NCBI GenBank assembly: GCA_951406725.2
Contig: OX597817.1
Location: 3,782,001 to 3,846,000 of the forward strand
DNA length: 64,000 nt
Reading direction: 5' to 3'
From: Octopus vulgaris
Lineage: Eukaryota
The notes under the pieces: generated by a model
Seen by the model: the letters and a program-made list of their open reading frames with translations, nothing else
Told to the model about the DNA's origin: nothing
Databases searched by the model: none
Made by a program: the position numbers and the translations under genes
Shown here: positions 38,930-54,329 of the stretch, in pieces
Numbering within the stretch: the first letter of the stretch is position 1
Layout of the letters: the number at the start of each line of letters is the position of its first letter

Positions 38930-39570
38930 ACACTTAGCCAATACTCCTTTTTATTACTATACTGTGAGTCCTAATTTCTTCGTCCTCAGGGTTATCATTT
39001 CGATGGATCTCATTACAGAGTGCCCTAGCTACAACATCATTTCTCATCGGTATATATTAACCATTGAAGGCGGCGAGCTGGCAGAAACGTTAGCACGCCG
39101 GGCGAAATGCTTAGCGGTATTTCGTCTGCGTTACGTTGTGAGTTCAAAATCCGCCGAGGTCGACTTTGCCTTTCATCCTTTCGGGGTCGATAAATTAAGT
39201 ACCAGTTACGCACTGGGGTCGATGTAATCGACTTAATACCTATGTCTGTCCTTGTTTGTCCCCTCTGTGTTTAGCCCCTTGTGGGTAATAAAGAAATAGG
39301 TATATATTAACCATGATGACATTTTCGGACGACAGCTTATAATGTGGATGATATCTTCGGTGTTAACTCCGCAAAGTGTGCATCGGTTGTCACATTTTAC
39401 TGCTTTTCCTGCATCTCTGTCTCTTTCATGCATCAGGTTTTTGCTTGATATTTTTTGTTCCTAGTTTACAAACACAAACCCTTCAAATTGGGAGGTAGTA
39501 TCCCGGTTGTTGATTCATGATAGACTGTTTTGATGATCAGTGTTACTATCATCTCGGAGCTTTCTACTAA
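38930..39570 (-). mobile_element. RLE-type (R4/Dong-like) retrotransposon fragment, CCHC region, interrupted by a SINE
   Basis: CDNRCTLCGVNTEDIIHIISCRPKMS, then across the SINE PMRNDVVARALCNEI (RHD-motif equivalent) and KKEYW. Confidence 0.8.
39065..39300 (+). mobile_element. SINE family 2, full length, with perfect 16-bp TSD
   Basis: A-box-like tggcagaaacg, B-box gagttcaaaatcc and central ttcatcctttcggggtcgataaattaagtacc. TSD ggtatatattaaccat at 39049-39064 and 39299-39314. Confidence 0.95.
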
Positions 39571-41409
39571 CATGTATGTATGTATGTATGTATGTATCTT
39601 TGTATGTATGTATGTATGTATGTATGTATTATGTATGTATGTATGTATGTATGTATGTATGTTTGCATGTATGTATGTGTGCATATATATATATGTATGC
39701 ACATACACACACACGCACGCGCACACACACATACATACTTACATATATCCACAGTCATCCCAGCGTACATGGAAACATATATACACATAAATGAATATAC
39801 TCAAATGCATTGAGCGGGTATATATGATTCGGTATTCCGAGTATGGGTTTACGGACATATATATATATATATGTGTGTGTATGTATGTATGTATGTATCT
39901 TTGTATGTATGTATGTATGTATGTATGTATGTATGTATGTATGTATGTATGTATGTACGTATGTATGTATGTATGTACGTACGTATGTATGTATGCATGA
40001 CTTTTCTTTGAGTTTTATTTAGGTTCTTGAGAGCATTCAAGCCGTTCCCTATCAAGCACAAAGAGATCTGTCGAGATAAGAGAGTTCCCTGTCTTGAGTT
40101 GGTGTGTTGGTTGAACACCCTAGTGGTTGCAGCTATTCACATAAAGGTCTCAGATGGAGAATTTTGGGGAATACCTTACAAATCTTCTTCAGTATGCCAC
40201 TAACAGATTGCATTTGAAGAATCCACGTCAATTTCTTTTCCAACTTCTTCGTGAAGCCGAATATTTCTAGTTCTTTGTACATATCTGCTGGTACCTAACC
40301 GAATGCATCTATGATGGTATCTAAAGTTGAGTATTCATAGTCAGGGTACAAGAGCTATAAATTCCACATGAATTTGCTTTAATGTATGTATGTATGTATG
40401 TATAGATGTATGTATGTAAGTATGTATGTATATATATATATATGCATGTATATATGTATGCATGTATGTATGTTTGTGTTCTATGTATGGTTGTCTGCAT
40501 ATTGCTATCTGAAACCTTAAATATATTCTTATTATACAAAGAGCAAGAACGGACTTATGATTAAGTGGGCATTGATAGAACGAAGTTACCGAAATATGAG
40601 TAGCAATTGCGATTTCTTGCTGTTGAAAGGGACAAGATTCACATCTTTCAACTTGAGGATACTTTTGAGGTCTTTCTACCCGGAGATAGTATTATTTGGC
40701 GTGGCGTGTCCAGTTTGTCTGTGGATAATACCTGTTTGGAGAATGTTATAGGGGAATGAGAGGAAGTGTATTCTGAATAAGTGTGTGATTGTTGTTGGAT
40801 GCATCAGCAAGTTGAAAATGTGGGAGGAACAAGATCGAACTCTATCATAGGAGATAGAGTAAGAAACGGAATGAATTTCGTCAACATACAAGAACATACC
40901 GCAACCTTAATCCAACCTAATGATTTTAAGACAGAATACACGGAAGAAATTCATAGATAGTTTCCATTGGAGATTCCTATGTCAGAAACGGTTAAAAGCT
41001 TTGCTGATGTCACAACCAAAGGCATTCGTGGGTGATTAAGCAGAGTATGTCGCCACAGGATCTGGATTTTTACGGTGATCATTAAGGGAAAAGAAAGGAA
41101 CAATGTTATGGTGGAAGTGACCGTTAGCTGATGTTTCCACTACTGTAGAGATCGCAGTGGGGAAATAGCTGCAAGAGTCAGAGAGGTTGATTTCCTTGGG
41201 TATGGGATACACAAGCATGTTTTCAAAGCTCATAGTCGATTCATATAGATCAGGACTCGCCAAGCGTGTGCAGTGTGGAGTATTATAGATCTTCTAGGTA
41301 TAAATGCATCATGTTATGTGTGTGTGTGCGGGAATTTGTGTGTACGTGAATGTGTGTATGTATATATGCGCACACATACACATGAATACATATATAAATA
41401 TATAGACAC

Positions 41410-41455
<46 letters not shown>

Positions 41456-44400
41456 GCATATGTACACATAAATTGGTGCACATATATAAGTAATATATGA
41501 AGGCGAATGATTTTTTTATCAGCCCCAAAATATAGATATCGAAAGCTTGTAAGCACACATACACACTTAAACACACATCACACATTAACACTTAACCTCA
41601 GTTTCCTATATACGCCAACACACTCACATATATATCATGCACACAAATAGTGATATGTACCACCGTAACACATACGTAAAACCAAAGTATAGGTCAAAAA
41701 TGTTTCATTGCTGTTCACAGAGATCATTGACACACTCACCCAACCTACCCCGTATCCCGCCCCTCCCACCACTCCTCAAACCACCTCACACCGCCTCCCA
41801 TCATCTCACACTACATCCCCACATCACCTCCCACCACATTCCTCACAACACCTCGCGCCACATCGCACACACTTCCCCACACAGACATGCACATTCATAG
41901 ACACAGATAGTCACGAAGACACACACGCACGTATGAATACACAGCACATTATTACGCACTAATGCATACATACATGCATAGAGGAATAAAGGAAAAGAAA
42001 GTCCTGTGAGTCGCCTGTATTCAGGTTACGTAATGCGCAGTCTGCTGCATCCGCTTAACTGACGCAGCAGTTTTGCAAATTCAATAGCATATGCATGGCA
42101 TTTCACATTAATGCAACAGCACTATAGTATTGCATGAATGTGCACAGTGTTGCCATAGTTGAATATCTTGTTTTTCACATATCTGCAAGTGTTGTCAACT
42201 ATTTGCACCAATTATAGCTGGTGCAGTAATATATAGCTCTATGAATTTCTGCTAAAGACTTTCTACTATTCCCTTTCATATCCCAGTTCATAATCATAGT
42301 TAAATGCCTAATATAAATACATTAATACTAGTAACTTGTAGTTTTGTTGTTGTTTGTTGCTCATGTTTATAGACCTATAATGAACTCTGTTCCATCGCTG
42401 ATCATCCCATCATTTATTCAAGACATAATATATGCATGAATATGATGTAATGTTTCAAAGGTGGTTGGAAATAATTTCGGTAGAGGTATTCTTGTTATTT
42501 CCAGCCACTGTATCGATTCTTGTGGGGTTCATGTTGTTGGTATTTAGTGCAAGACCGGTACTGATCAAGTAGACATACCAAAATCATTCCAGCTATAACC
42601 ATCTCATCGTTTTGCTTATTATGTTCCATATCGTCAAATATGCAAAATTTTATTTTAAGAAGTTAGAGTAAGGCTTGATGGAATCAAGTGCGACTTGACG
42701 GAGATTTGGACGCTGTTTCCAAAACACTAATCTCACACATGCAGAGGAATTCCCTTGTTAGTCCAGTCGTTGGTAATATATATAGTTATTTTGTGGGTGC
42801 AGTAATAACAATACTAAGTTTTCGAGCAATAGACTACGTGAGATTATTTCACTTATGTTCCTGATATATTAAGAAAGGAATAAAGATCGCAAAATTGTTA
42901 TTGTTATCTTATTTATAGATCTTTGGTCCTTCTATATGTTTGTCTAAAATCACGAACTAAAGAGGAAATCTGGAACCAGAAAAGTACCATTTGCGTAAGT
43001 TATTTTAAGTACTCCTGCGATTGGCTTCTTCCTTTCTCGTAAATGAGAAATGTATGTTGAAAGTATTTTTATCTTCATATTGACAACTAGGTAATTAACT
43101 AAAAACAAAATAGCTTCCTTTATCTATGTATCTAATAATATTGCTATCTATAGTGAGTCTCTTTCAACATTTTGAGCTTTATCTCTACATTAAAAAAGTA
43201 ATTGTCAATCACAAAGTACTTCTATCGAGAATCCAACCAAGATACAGCAGTACGGTTGTGTGATTCGTGCGACGTTGATTGTAGAGTGTCTTGCTTACAG
43301 AAAACCGCCAAAAAGAAACAGAATACAAAAGTTAAGTGTATGATGACGAGAGGAGGGAGGAATTGAAGAAAGCTAAACACAAGGATTTCTGTTTTGAATT
43401 CATTATTTATGTTACTTTTGTATAAACATAGAATATATGTTTCGATATATTTCAGTTAGTCCTAGAATTGAACTTTCGGAAAACTATTCTGTCCATTTTA
43501 TTAATGACGATTACCTTTCTTAAAAATCGAAGTCAGTAAGTTTTCTATTCTGCTCGCTGGACACCTGTTAAAACACTTTGCATTCGAATTCGCTGCTGTT
43601 ACTTTAGGTCAGCGAAATAATTACCAAATGTCATAAAAATGTCTTAAATTGGTATCCATCAAAGTGCTCTTGCCTTGAGAGAATGTGAGGAAAGCAACAT
43701 TTTGGTAAACATGTAGTGAAGTGACAGCTAATTGGGCGGGAAAATAAACAAGGCCAAAGAGGATGTAGGTTAATGACTGATACAGAAAATTAAAAACAGC
43801 ATATAAATTACTTTCCGCTGCAGGTTTTACATGTTTTATATCACTTTTCGACTGTATTAATTAACTAACAGTGAAATCCAATACATTGTTGACACCACTA
43901 AGTTATCACAAGGCTTAGAAATTGCTAGAATCCTTAACGAAATAGCTGATGTGACCTAAAGATTTTGCAGTTAGTGATCGTAAATTATATCCACTCGATG
44001 AAGATCCATCCCATATATTCACTCCCTATCCATCTTTGTATTCAGTCTGAAGGATCGAACTGTATCTTGAGCTAATGTACACATGGTCCCTCAAACTTCT
44101 ACCAAAAGCAACAACATTACCCTCCAATCATATCATACTGCTAGGATTTGTCTCATCAGTTGGTCATAGACGGAATACTCGTGTTCATATATGTGTTTGA
44201 TTAATAAGCTAGCGTTAAACAACTGAAACAAGAACAGATGGATCACCAGTTTATAAAGACCTTTAATCAGGAGACATCAAATGATTAACGTCATCGTGCA
44301 TACCTTTAATTAATTTGTAGACAGTGGGGCTATAACGATTTAACTGATTTAAGGGGGTGGAGTTGCAGTATGGATTTCTAATCCTCATAAATTTTGATGA

Positions 44401-45142
44401 TGAGAAAATCTCTTACAACTGAATTCTAACCTAACCCTAACCCTAATCCTTACTCAAATTTCAGTACGACTTACAACGCAAACACAACCGACGAATGACC
44501 CTCCACAACCAGAAATACACCCGAATCCACTCCTATACAAATCAAACGTGGAGCCTCTGTATGATCCCTTAAATTATTAGAAATAACAGCCAAACCTCAC
44601 TCATATTGCACCCTATCCGATGCGTTGAAGTAAATACAAGTTCAACAATATTTTCGAAATTCTGTCTGAAACGAAAAACGAGATAGTCATCGACGAAACA
44701 TTTTTAGTCGTAGGCGTGTTGGATTAGTGAACTTTATCCAACCAAATTTAATAAAACCACATAATGTTTGGGTGCTCTTAGTGGAACCTAATCTGTTGCA
44801 AACATTCGGATGTCTACAGTTTATAGATAAGCAGGTAGATTATGTTCTTTTTACTTTGCATCACTCGTCCTGGACAACTTGGAATAAGGTCATGGGTACT
44901 GCTCTACCTCCTGTGATTAGACCATATATATTTGAGTATATATATGTATATATGCACACACATATAATCATATACATACAGTCATACATAAACACACACA
45001 CAGATATATATATATATAGACACATATATATGTATATGAAACTCCCAACGTCGTTGCTAAGCATGTCAGTACTATAGAAAGGACAAAAAAGAAAATAGGT
45101 AAGGCCAACTCTTGGTATGATAGCCATAAATACCAGAGTGTC

Positions 45143-45676
45143 ATGTTCGTTGACACCACCCCTGGAGGTGAACTGGCGTACCGCTTTAGAAGGACCCTAG
45201 ACAAACTTAAGCTAAGAATTAAGGTTGTTGAAAAGCCAGGCAACCCTATCAAATTTATAATTGGTAGAACCTATCCTTTTAGTAGAACCCCCTGTACGGA
45301 TAAGTACTGTACTATATGTAGATTTAGCCCACAAACAAACTGTAAAGCCAGAAATGTAGTCTATAGTATAAGATGTATAGAGGGACGATGCAGTAAAATG
45401 ACAACGACATACCTAGGGGAAACGGCAAGAAGCATAGGAGAGCGGGTAAATGGGCATTGGAGACAACTCAAGGAAGGTAAAAGTTCATCGATTTTGTACC
45501 AACACGCCGAACAGGAACACGAGGGATCAATCAATAACATAGAAATTAAAATATTATCCACACATAGATCAGATGCAACAATTAGACAAATTACAGAAGC
45601 TACACACATAATAGAAAATAAACCTAGCCTGAATAGAAAACTAGAATGGAGCACTGACACACACCACAACATATGA
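45143..45676 (+). CDS. Penelope-like GIY-YIG endonuclease domain (uninterrupted 177-aa fragment of a 5'-truncated TE ORF)
   Basis: KVVEKPG, Cys-rich C.DKYC.IC..C, NVVYSIRC..YLGETARS.GERV.GH, LYQH...EH, RQITEA.HI and LNRK.EW. Confidence 0.85.
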   Translation: MFVDTTPGGELAYRFRRTLDKLKLRIKVVEKPGNPIKFIIGRTYPFSRTPCTDKYCTICRFSPQTNCKARNVVYSIRCIEGRCSKMTTTYLGETARSIGERVNGHWRQLKEGKSSSILYQHAEQEHEGSINNIEIKILSTHRSDATIRQITEATHIIENKPSLNRKLEWSTDTHHNI

Positions 45677-45738
45677 CGATAGAGGATCCTGAAAACATAA
45701 TAAATACACAGATAAATAAACTAATAGAAATAAATAAC

Positions 45739-45817
<79 letters not shown>

Positions 45818-46162
45818 TTTTTTATAATTTTATTTATTTATAATTTTTTTTTCGATTCGATTTATTATTATTATTACTAGTATTGTTGTTATACATACAA
45901 GCATATGTAATGATAATAATAAGTGGATGTAAACACATGAACAAAATAAGAATAAACAAAAACAACAAAAACAAAATACAAATTACATGAACATATATAA
46001 ACAGAAGATACAAATATTACAGACATTCCCCCACATACACACACTAAATAAACATAAACGCACATAGAGATATAAGCATGCGCAAATGAAGACATACAAT
46101 AGAAATACAAAATGGCTGACGGTTAGTAAAGAGAGACACAAATAAGAAAGAAGAAAACAAGG

Positions 46163-46206
46163 GACCACTGATGTGGTCACAGGAGTGTGACGAAAGAACT
46201 CTGGCC
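46163..46206 (+). ncRNA. Minimal type-I hammerhead-like motif in Penelope pLTR
   Basis: gacca CTGATGt g gtcaca-ggag-tgtgac GAAA g-aa-c TC tggcc. 6-bp helix II, helix I cca/tgg and A9>T substitution. Confidence 0.7.
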
Positions 46207-46348
46207 GAAATAAGATTAAGATTAATGTAAAAAATAAATAACACTGAAGCAAAATAACACCAAATATATAGTGCGTGTGTTTTTATTGGCTAAACTGGCA
46301 ATATGACCATTCCTAAATATAACAATATCTGTTTCCTATATATATATA

Positions 46349-46527
46349 GGAGTAGGAGTGGCTTCGTGGTAAGTAGCTTGCTTACAAACCACATGGTTCC
46401 GGGTTCAGTCCCATTGCGTGGAACCTTGGGCTAGTGTCTTCTACTATAACCTCGGGCCGACTAAAGCCTTGTGAGTGGATTGGGTAGACGGAAACTGAAA
46501 GAAGCCCGTCGTATATATGTATATACA
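46349..46527 (+). mobile_element. SINE family 1, 5' half
   Basis: ggagtggcttcgtggtaagtagcttgc..ccgggttcagtccc..ggaaactgaaagaagcccgtcgtatata. Confidence 0.9.
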
Positions 46528-47767
46528 TTAGGTAATATAACTTACCGTTTTATAATTTGGAACGCCTGCTCGGGGTTTCTTGCTTGTGGAAAAATGGCAG
46601 CAATAGCTTTGATCATATACCTGCAGGACTAAGGCTAACCTAGAGCTAAATAAAACAACAATAATAACGTCTCACACTTTCGATGTTCTCTCTTCTCTAT
46701 GGTAGTATACAAGAAATTGGCTTTACTTATTCTATCCAACTGGATTCAAATTAGGGATTGCCAGGTGTAGAAAATACAACACGACTTATATGCTCAGAAT
46801 ATGGCGTTTGTTATCCAAAGACACGGTGTTAGGTGGCAAGGTAATAAATATTTTCGCCTTTACAAATACTGTTCACTTATATTTACTTCATATTTAATTA
46901 TAATTTCTCCAACCTACCTTCTGTAGAAAATATTGGGTTTGAAGGAAGAATAACTTTTCCGGTATATGAGAAATTTAATTTAACTTTTTAAAATAGATTG
47001 AGGAAATTATCAAGCTGTTCTTTTGTTGTACGTTGCTACTGACTACAGGAACTGATGCAAGTAATAAGAGAGCCAAAAGAAATCTTATGAGTGTATTACT
47101 GTTATATGCCAAACTCTTTCATTCTTTCACTCACTCCGTCTCTGTCTTTCCTCTCTTTTGTGTACGCGTATGTGCTTTTCAGCGTGTGTATTTGGTTATA
47201 TAAGTATTTAAGAAATAGGTAGATTGCTTTTGCGTAAGTATTTAAAAAAGCAAACAATTACGTATGAAGATATATAGATGCAAATATCATGTATTAAATA
47301 CACGGATATACGCACACGTTCCTGTATGTACATATGTATGCCTGTATTTATATGTGTGCATTTCATATATTTATATATTCATATATATATATATATACGT
47401 ATACACATACAGATACATATATATATATATATAAATATATAAGTGTGTGTGTATATATATATATATATATGTGTGTGTTTGTGCGTGAACGTGTGTCTGT
47501 ATGCATACACATAATGGAAAAGAGAAAGGATGTACATCATCCACTCAAAAATATGAACACCTGTATACGTATACTCAGTCATAGTTATGCATACATGTAT
47601 GCATATAAATATGTAAATATTCTTGTACGAAATATCAGATCCACACGTCCACACGCAAAGAACTAAACACATTATCCTATACATGCTTATGCGTTTATGT
47701 AGGCATAATTCAATTTCTGCTCCGTTGCATGTAACACTGTGTGAAATATTAAGAATATGTATCTGCT

Positions 47768-47809
<42 letters not shown>

Positions 47810-47887
47810 CATACATAAACACACACGCTTATACACACACACATATATATATATACACTTAAATGTGAATGTGCATGTCTATGTATG

Positions 47888-47919
<32 letters not shown>

Positions 47920-48332
47920 TGTATCTATATATATATGTGTTTATTTATACATATTTAGGTATATGTTTACGTTTATATTTTAATAAATAGTTTTATAATT
48001 GGAATATAATATATACCCTGCTATAACGTTTTATATTTATAGTTTTATTTAACTTTGTAATATTTCCTGTTTGAAGAGCTGAAATTCGTAATTATTATCA
48101 TCTTCATCTTTGAACTCTGGTGTAAGTTGGATTGTTTAGTAAAATGAAACATACGCTTTTAATTTTATCATTGAAATTAAGGATTTTAAAACTTTTTCTG
48201 TCTCCGATTATTTATTTATTTATTTATTTTTGTTTTTCAGTTCCCATTCTCTTCATAAGATCTGACTTTGCGGATAGGATGTACTCCTAGAATTGAAAAA
48301 GAGCATAATTGTTTATTATAATGATGATATAA

Positions 48333-48531
48333 TCTTTTCTACCAAATGCACAAGGAATGAAATTTTCGGGGAAGTAGCAAATCAATTACATCAACCCTAG
48401 TATTCAACTGGTACTTATTTTATCAACCCTGAAGTGATGAAATGCAAAATGTGTACTCAGAACGTAAATCCGGAAAAAATGCCACTTAAACATTTTATCG
48501 GAAGTGCTAACGGTTCTGCCAGCTCATGCCC
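48333..48531 (-). mobile_element. SINE family 2 variant, degenerate
   Basis: actggtacttattttatcaaccctgaag..gctaacggttctgccagctc. Confidence 0.75.
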
Positions 48532-48832
<301 letters not shown>

Positions 48833-51706
48833 TATAATGCTAATTGCATAATATGAGATATGATAGTTGCTGAGACAATTATTTTGATTTTGTTTATTCT
48901 CATGTCACTACTGATCGAACAGCATTGATATTCTGTATTGTCCCTGAAAACTCTGAGAAGTCCATCCTTTTGTATATCAGGAACTGAATTTATTTTTACA
49001 GCCCTGTTTGTACTCCATTGTTTTAAAGCAACAAATAGTAAAGTATGAGTCAAATAGAATTTCACTGCTATTCTTAGCAGGTCGTGTGATAATACCGTGA
49101 TACCATGTTAGGTCCCCAAAAAAAAAGATAGAAACCATAGCGTTAATGTTATCTTGAATGCTTTGCTCTTCGCTACAACATCCACCAGAACATGAATTTG
49201 GCACAAACGTTTTATATTCAAAATATATGGTATAAATTTACTTTCCAAGCTTTTTCTAGAAATAGCACCAGTGTAAGTGAAATAAAATAACTCTGCAATT
49301 ATAAACAAGTTCATCGAAAGGTTATCTAAACTATAAATCAATTGTTTCTATTAACCTGTAGAATGATGTTTTCTTCAATTAACTGCGTATTCATTTGTAT
49401 ATTTGACTATTTAATAACTCATACTTCTTGTGATCTCCTCTACATGCTGAAAACACTGTCGTACCAAATAGATTTTAACCACAATGTGTTAAACTTGTTG
49501 CTGTCATATCACTCGTCCTATGGTTTAGCGTTATACTTCTCTTTTACATTAGAAAACTGTTGAAAAATCGGTCGTTTTCATCGTATGGTTTAATACTTTT
49601 AGTTAACTTGTTTCATTAAACTAGTTTCTTTTTCACCTGGTACTTTTGGGAACCTGTCCAATACGATTTCTGCGACAACCAAGACCATAGTTTTGAGGGT
49701 ATTCTTATTTTGTAGGACAATGAACTTAATTATGTTAAGACAGTCGTGTTTTCAAACCTCATATAAAAATACTGTTCAGTTGAACACAATATATCGATTT
49801 TTAAAGGAAATTCAGAGACACTGTTGTAATTTCATCAGCGTATTGCTTGCGAGAAGAAAGATTTGTTTATTGAAGTGGTAGCGATTTTAGAGAAGTATTC
49901 AAAGAAATTGTGATTTGAAACTAATCTAAGCAAAATTCTTGACTACATTGCCGACCACCGAAGAATCCTCTACAGTAAACTAACGCTAAACAACTGGAAT
50001 ATATCTCACTAAACGGATGTATGCATGTGAAGTGTAGAACTTGTGTGCAATTTAACAAAACTATATTTAACAGAGATACACAAATTCATAGTAAAATGTT
50101 GGAGATCTCGACTATTTATTGATTGAGTGCTTCCAAAGGTCCTCTACTGAAATTAAATTTTAAAATAGCACCCTTTGGTAATATGTGAATGAAATATAAA
50201 ATCTATAATCAATGAGCATTTTTAAAATGTTATTTGTCGTTACTTCACAATAATAATAACTCTTATGCGTTTGCAGATGGTTGACAGTATAAGATTTCAG
50301 ATTTTCAGACAAGGGGGTTCGAAGTTTCAAAGACTGACCATCGCTGCGTTATAGTCATTACCATGATAACAGACTCTTGTTCACTTGACATAGACGATGT
50401 GCCATTGCCAGCCGAAGGAGATTAGTATGTCACGATGAAAAAGATAGTAGTCATTGAAGCAATGATACTCATAAAGTTGACTGTAGCTGTTGTGATGAGT
50501 GTGGCTTCAAAGAACATCTGACAGTGGGGCACTTGCTCTGGAGTTTCAGGGTTTTAAAGAATGTAGAATCACTTCTGAGTCACTATAGATCCCAGGTCTT
50601 CTCTGACCCGAAGCAGTAGCACTTGCCAGGATCCTAGTTATAGCTTAATTAGCAAGTCATGGGATTGCCTCCAGAAGAAAGTCACTCACAGGTATCCCAA
50701 ACGGACTGAGGACTGATGAGAACCTTCAATTCTATTGCAGCTCATTTAAGCGAAAGTAAGTCCTTAAAAATCCTGCATTGGGATAATATTAGGCTTACGG
50801 TACTTGTTACATCAGACCAATACAAGTTTGAAAGACGAAAGAACGGAGTCGGTTCTGCATAAAACATTCTCACTATTGTAATATTCGTCGTGCAGGAAAG
50901 AAAGATCAGTAAACCAAGACACCAGAACCAACAGCCTCGCGCTTTCTTCAAAAGCTCATGGACATTAAGAAAGGAGGCGATGAAGACAAGTAAAGAATCC
51001 TACTTATCTTCGACTTTCACTTTGCATATAGCTGGCCATAGGGGGAACAGTCATCGCACTCAAGGTAAAAGGCATTCAATCGATGACCATCTCATACTTA
51101 TACTTTCTGAACAAGCAAATTATATATCAAACGTTCTTTTTCCTCAATGCCTAGAACTCCGTCTCACTGCCACGGTATTTACAGTAGAAGCAACATCACC
51201 CCAGCCTTATTTTCCTTGCCCTATACACAACCCCTCTGCAGCGCCAAGTTCAAGTTGGTGTTTATACCGAGATCACTCATTACGGAGGACCAACGAAGTT
51301 CATGGATTGGATACTATCCTTCCTTTTCTTATGACTAAACAATAACGAGATTTACAATTTGGCTGCTAATTCTTGCAGCTGAAGCAAGCGCATTGAATTT
51401 CCCCCGTTGAGTTGGGATTTGTTTTACAGCCTTCGTTGGTAGAGTCTAAAGTATATCTGGATTATGTAATTCTCATATGGTGTGGGGTCTATATTATTGT
51501 CATATGGTGCGTGGGCAAAGTCCCATTGGATGCGTGGTTCGTTGAATGTGTCCATGTTTATTTTTCTGTTCATACATTAACAAGTTTACTTTGCGATGAA
51601 GCAAATTGGGGAACTTGGGTGGATTGTGCGCGCGATGCTGTTATATTTAAGGATAGTGTTAGTGTCAGCTCGACCGCAAGAAGACAATGACATTCCAGGC
51701 TCAATG

Positions 51707-51778
51707 ACAATGATAACGATGATGATGATGGTGCTGATAATGATGATGATAATGATGATGATGATAGTAATAATAATA

Positions 51779-51845
<67 letters not shown>

Positions 51846-51965
51846 CTACAATAATAATAGTAATAATAACAACTACAACAATAATAATAATAGTAATAAT
51901 AGAAATAATAATAATGCTAGTAATAATAATAATAATCATCATCATCATAGTCATCCTGATCATGA
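51707..51965. repeat. (GAT/AAT)n microsatellite
   Basis: Directly visible. Confidence 0.95.
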
Positions 51966-53062
51966 TCTTTCTACCCCCTATTTTGCAATTCCTCTCTCCC
52001 TCCTATTACATCTCTTTTGCGTCCTTTTCTTTCTCATACTCACCCTCTTCTCCCACCATCAGCGCTGAAAAATTGATTTAATAGACATTTTTTTTCAAAG
52101 CCGAAAAGCTTGCTTTGAACAGGTCTGCAAAATAAGCATTTCTCCATCTATCCTTCACCTCCTCCTGCTGCTGCTGTTCCTCATCCGCTTCTTCCCACTC
52201 ATTCTCTTTCGCTTCACTCTCTTCATTTTCCTCTTCCTTTCCTCCCCATCAACATCATCACCAACGGATCCTTTATTGGTTTTCGAATATAAAAACACCC
52301 GCGCACAAACACACGCACATGCATACACGCGCGTGTGCACATTTACTCACACGCGTAGGCGCACTCACACACTAAAACACACACGCGCACACGCACACAC
52401 GCACGCACACACAGATACTCAATACAAGTGGCTAAAGATATACAAAAATCAAACAAACCTCTTCCATCAATGTTGTGAAATAATGCACCCACCCCCTTTA
52501 TATAAACATCAACAATCACAAACAAATTCGCAACAATAATAAATATAACAATACAATAACACAGCAAACTGAAACAACACTTTTCCCTAAGATATAAAGG
52601 GAAAAAAAATAGATAAATTCAATAAAACAAACGGTACTGAATGCATAATTTAGTAGTTGCCAATAGAAACGGATGAGTCAGTACAGTAAACTGAATTTCT
52701 GTTTATCATTTCACAGATGAAGTGCTTCTGGTTAGTAAGTAAAAAGAGAATAGCGAATAGAAATATTGGCGGTACTAGAATTGTGTGCTCAAACCATCTT
52801 TATAGACACTGGTGCTATGTTTTGGCCTTAAGCACGACACATTATTATCACCTAAACATGAGTATTATAAAGTGTGGTAGATGAAGTTTGTGAAACTCAC
52901 ACGCATCTTTCAAAACTAAATGAATGAATGAATGAATAGATAAATAAATAAACAAAGTTATTGTTTAGTAATTAATATATTCATATTTCAGATGTGGATG
53001 TAGGAGTTGCATTTAATTTTACTAAGACATGGTATTTTGATGAAAGGAAATGGAGAGAGACC

Positions 53063-53810
<748 letters not shown>

Positions 53811-54329
53811 GTAAGATGTGTATTTTACTAAGAAGACACTGTTTTTAATATTATTTTTCGGTACTGTAACATGACTAGGAAAGAATGGCTGGAGCCAATG
53901 AAAGGGTAATATACGATAACTCGATATTCGATATGTGAGAGTGAAGAGCAAACAATATCAGCCAATAAATAATATAATTTTCCTTTTCCTAGCAACTACG
54001 GGAGACAATGCTTACAGTGTTTCGGTATTATTCTGAACCTATCGGTGAAGATCACTCTCTGCTATACTAGAGGAAGAAGTGATGGATGAATAAGTAAATA
54101 CACAAGATGAAATATGTTTGCAGAAACAATGCAGAAACGACATCGAAATGAATGAGGCTCGGTGGCTTGAGAGTTTAATACATTTAATGCAGGAACTTTG
54201 AAAGAGGAAATAGAAATATGCAATCAGAAATATGTAATATTACCCAATGACTTCCCTTTTCTGGTCAGTAGAGGAGACAATTCTTGATATATCCCAGCTT
54301 AATGATACCTCCTCAGCTAGAGAGGTGGA

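Larger units (their letters stand above)
45070..46260 (+). mobile_element. Penelope-like element 3' portion (linker, GIY-YIG endonuclease and pLTR)
   Basis: Open ORF 45143-45676, followed by an A-rich 3' region that carries a hammerhead-like motif. Confidence 0.88.

Noticed and set aside
43290-43385. Possible small exon after ttgcttacag
   Set aside because: Stops in all three frames, no strong donor site and no recognisable protein
48860-49900. Possible hAT transposase relic on the minus strand. Similar weak relics at 34500-34800, 40000-41270 and 51060-51700
   Set aside because: Too degenerate to support a call by eye
50703-50768. CTGATGAG...CGAAAG hammerhead-like string
   Set aside because: No convincing helix II, and the flanking pairing consumes the core nucleotides
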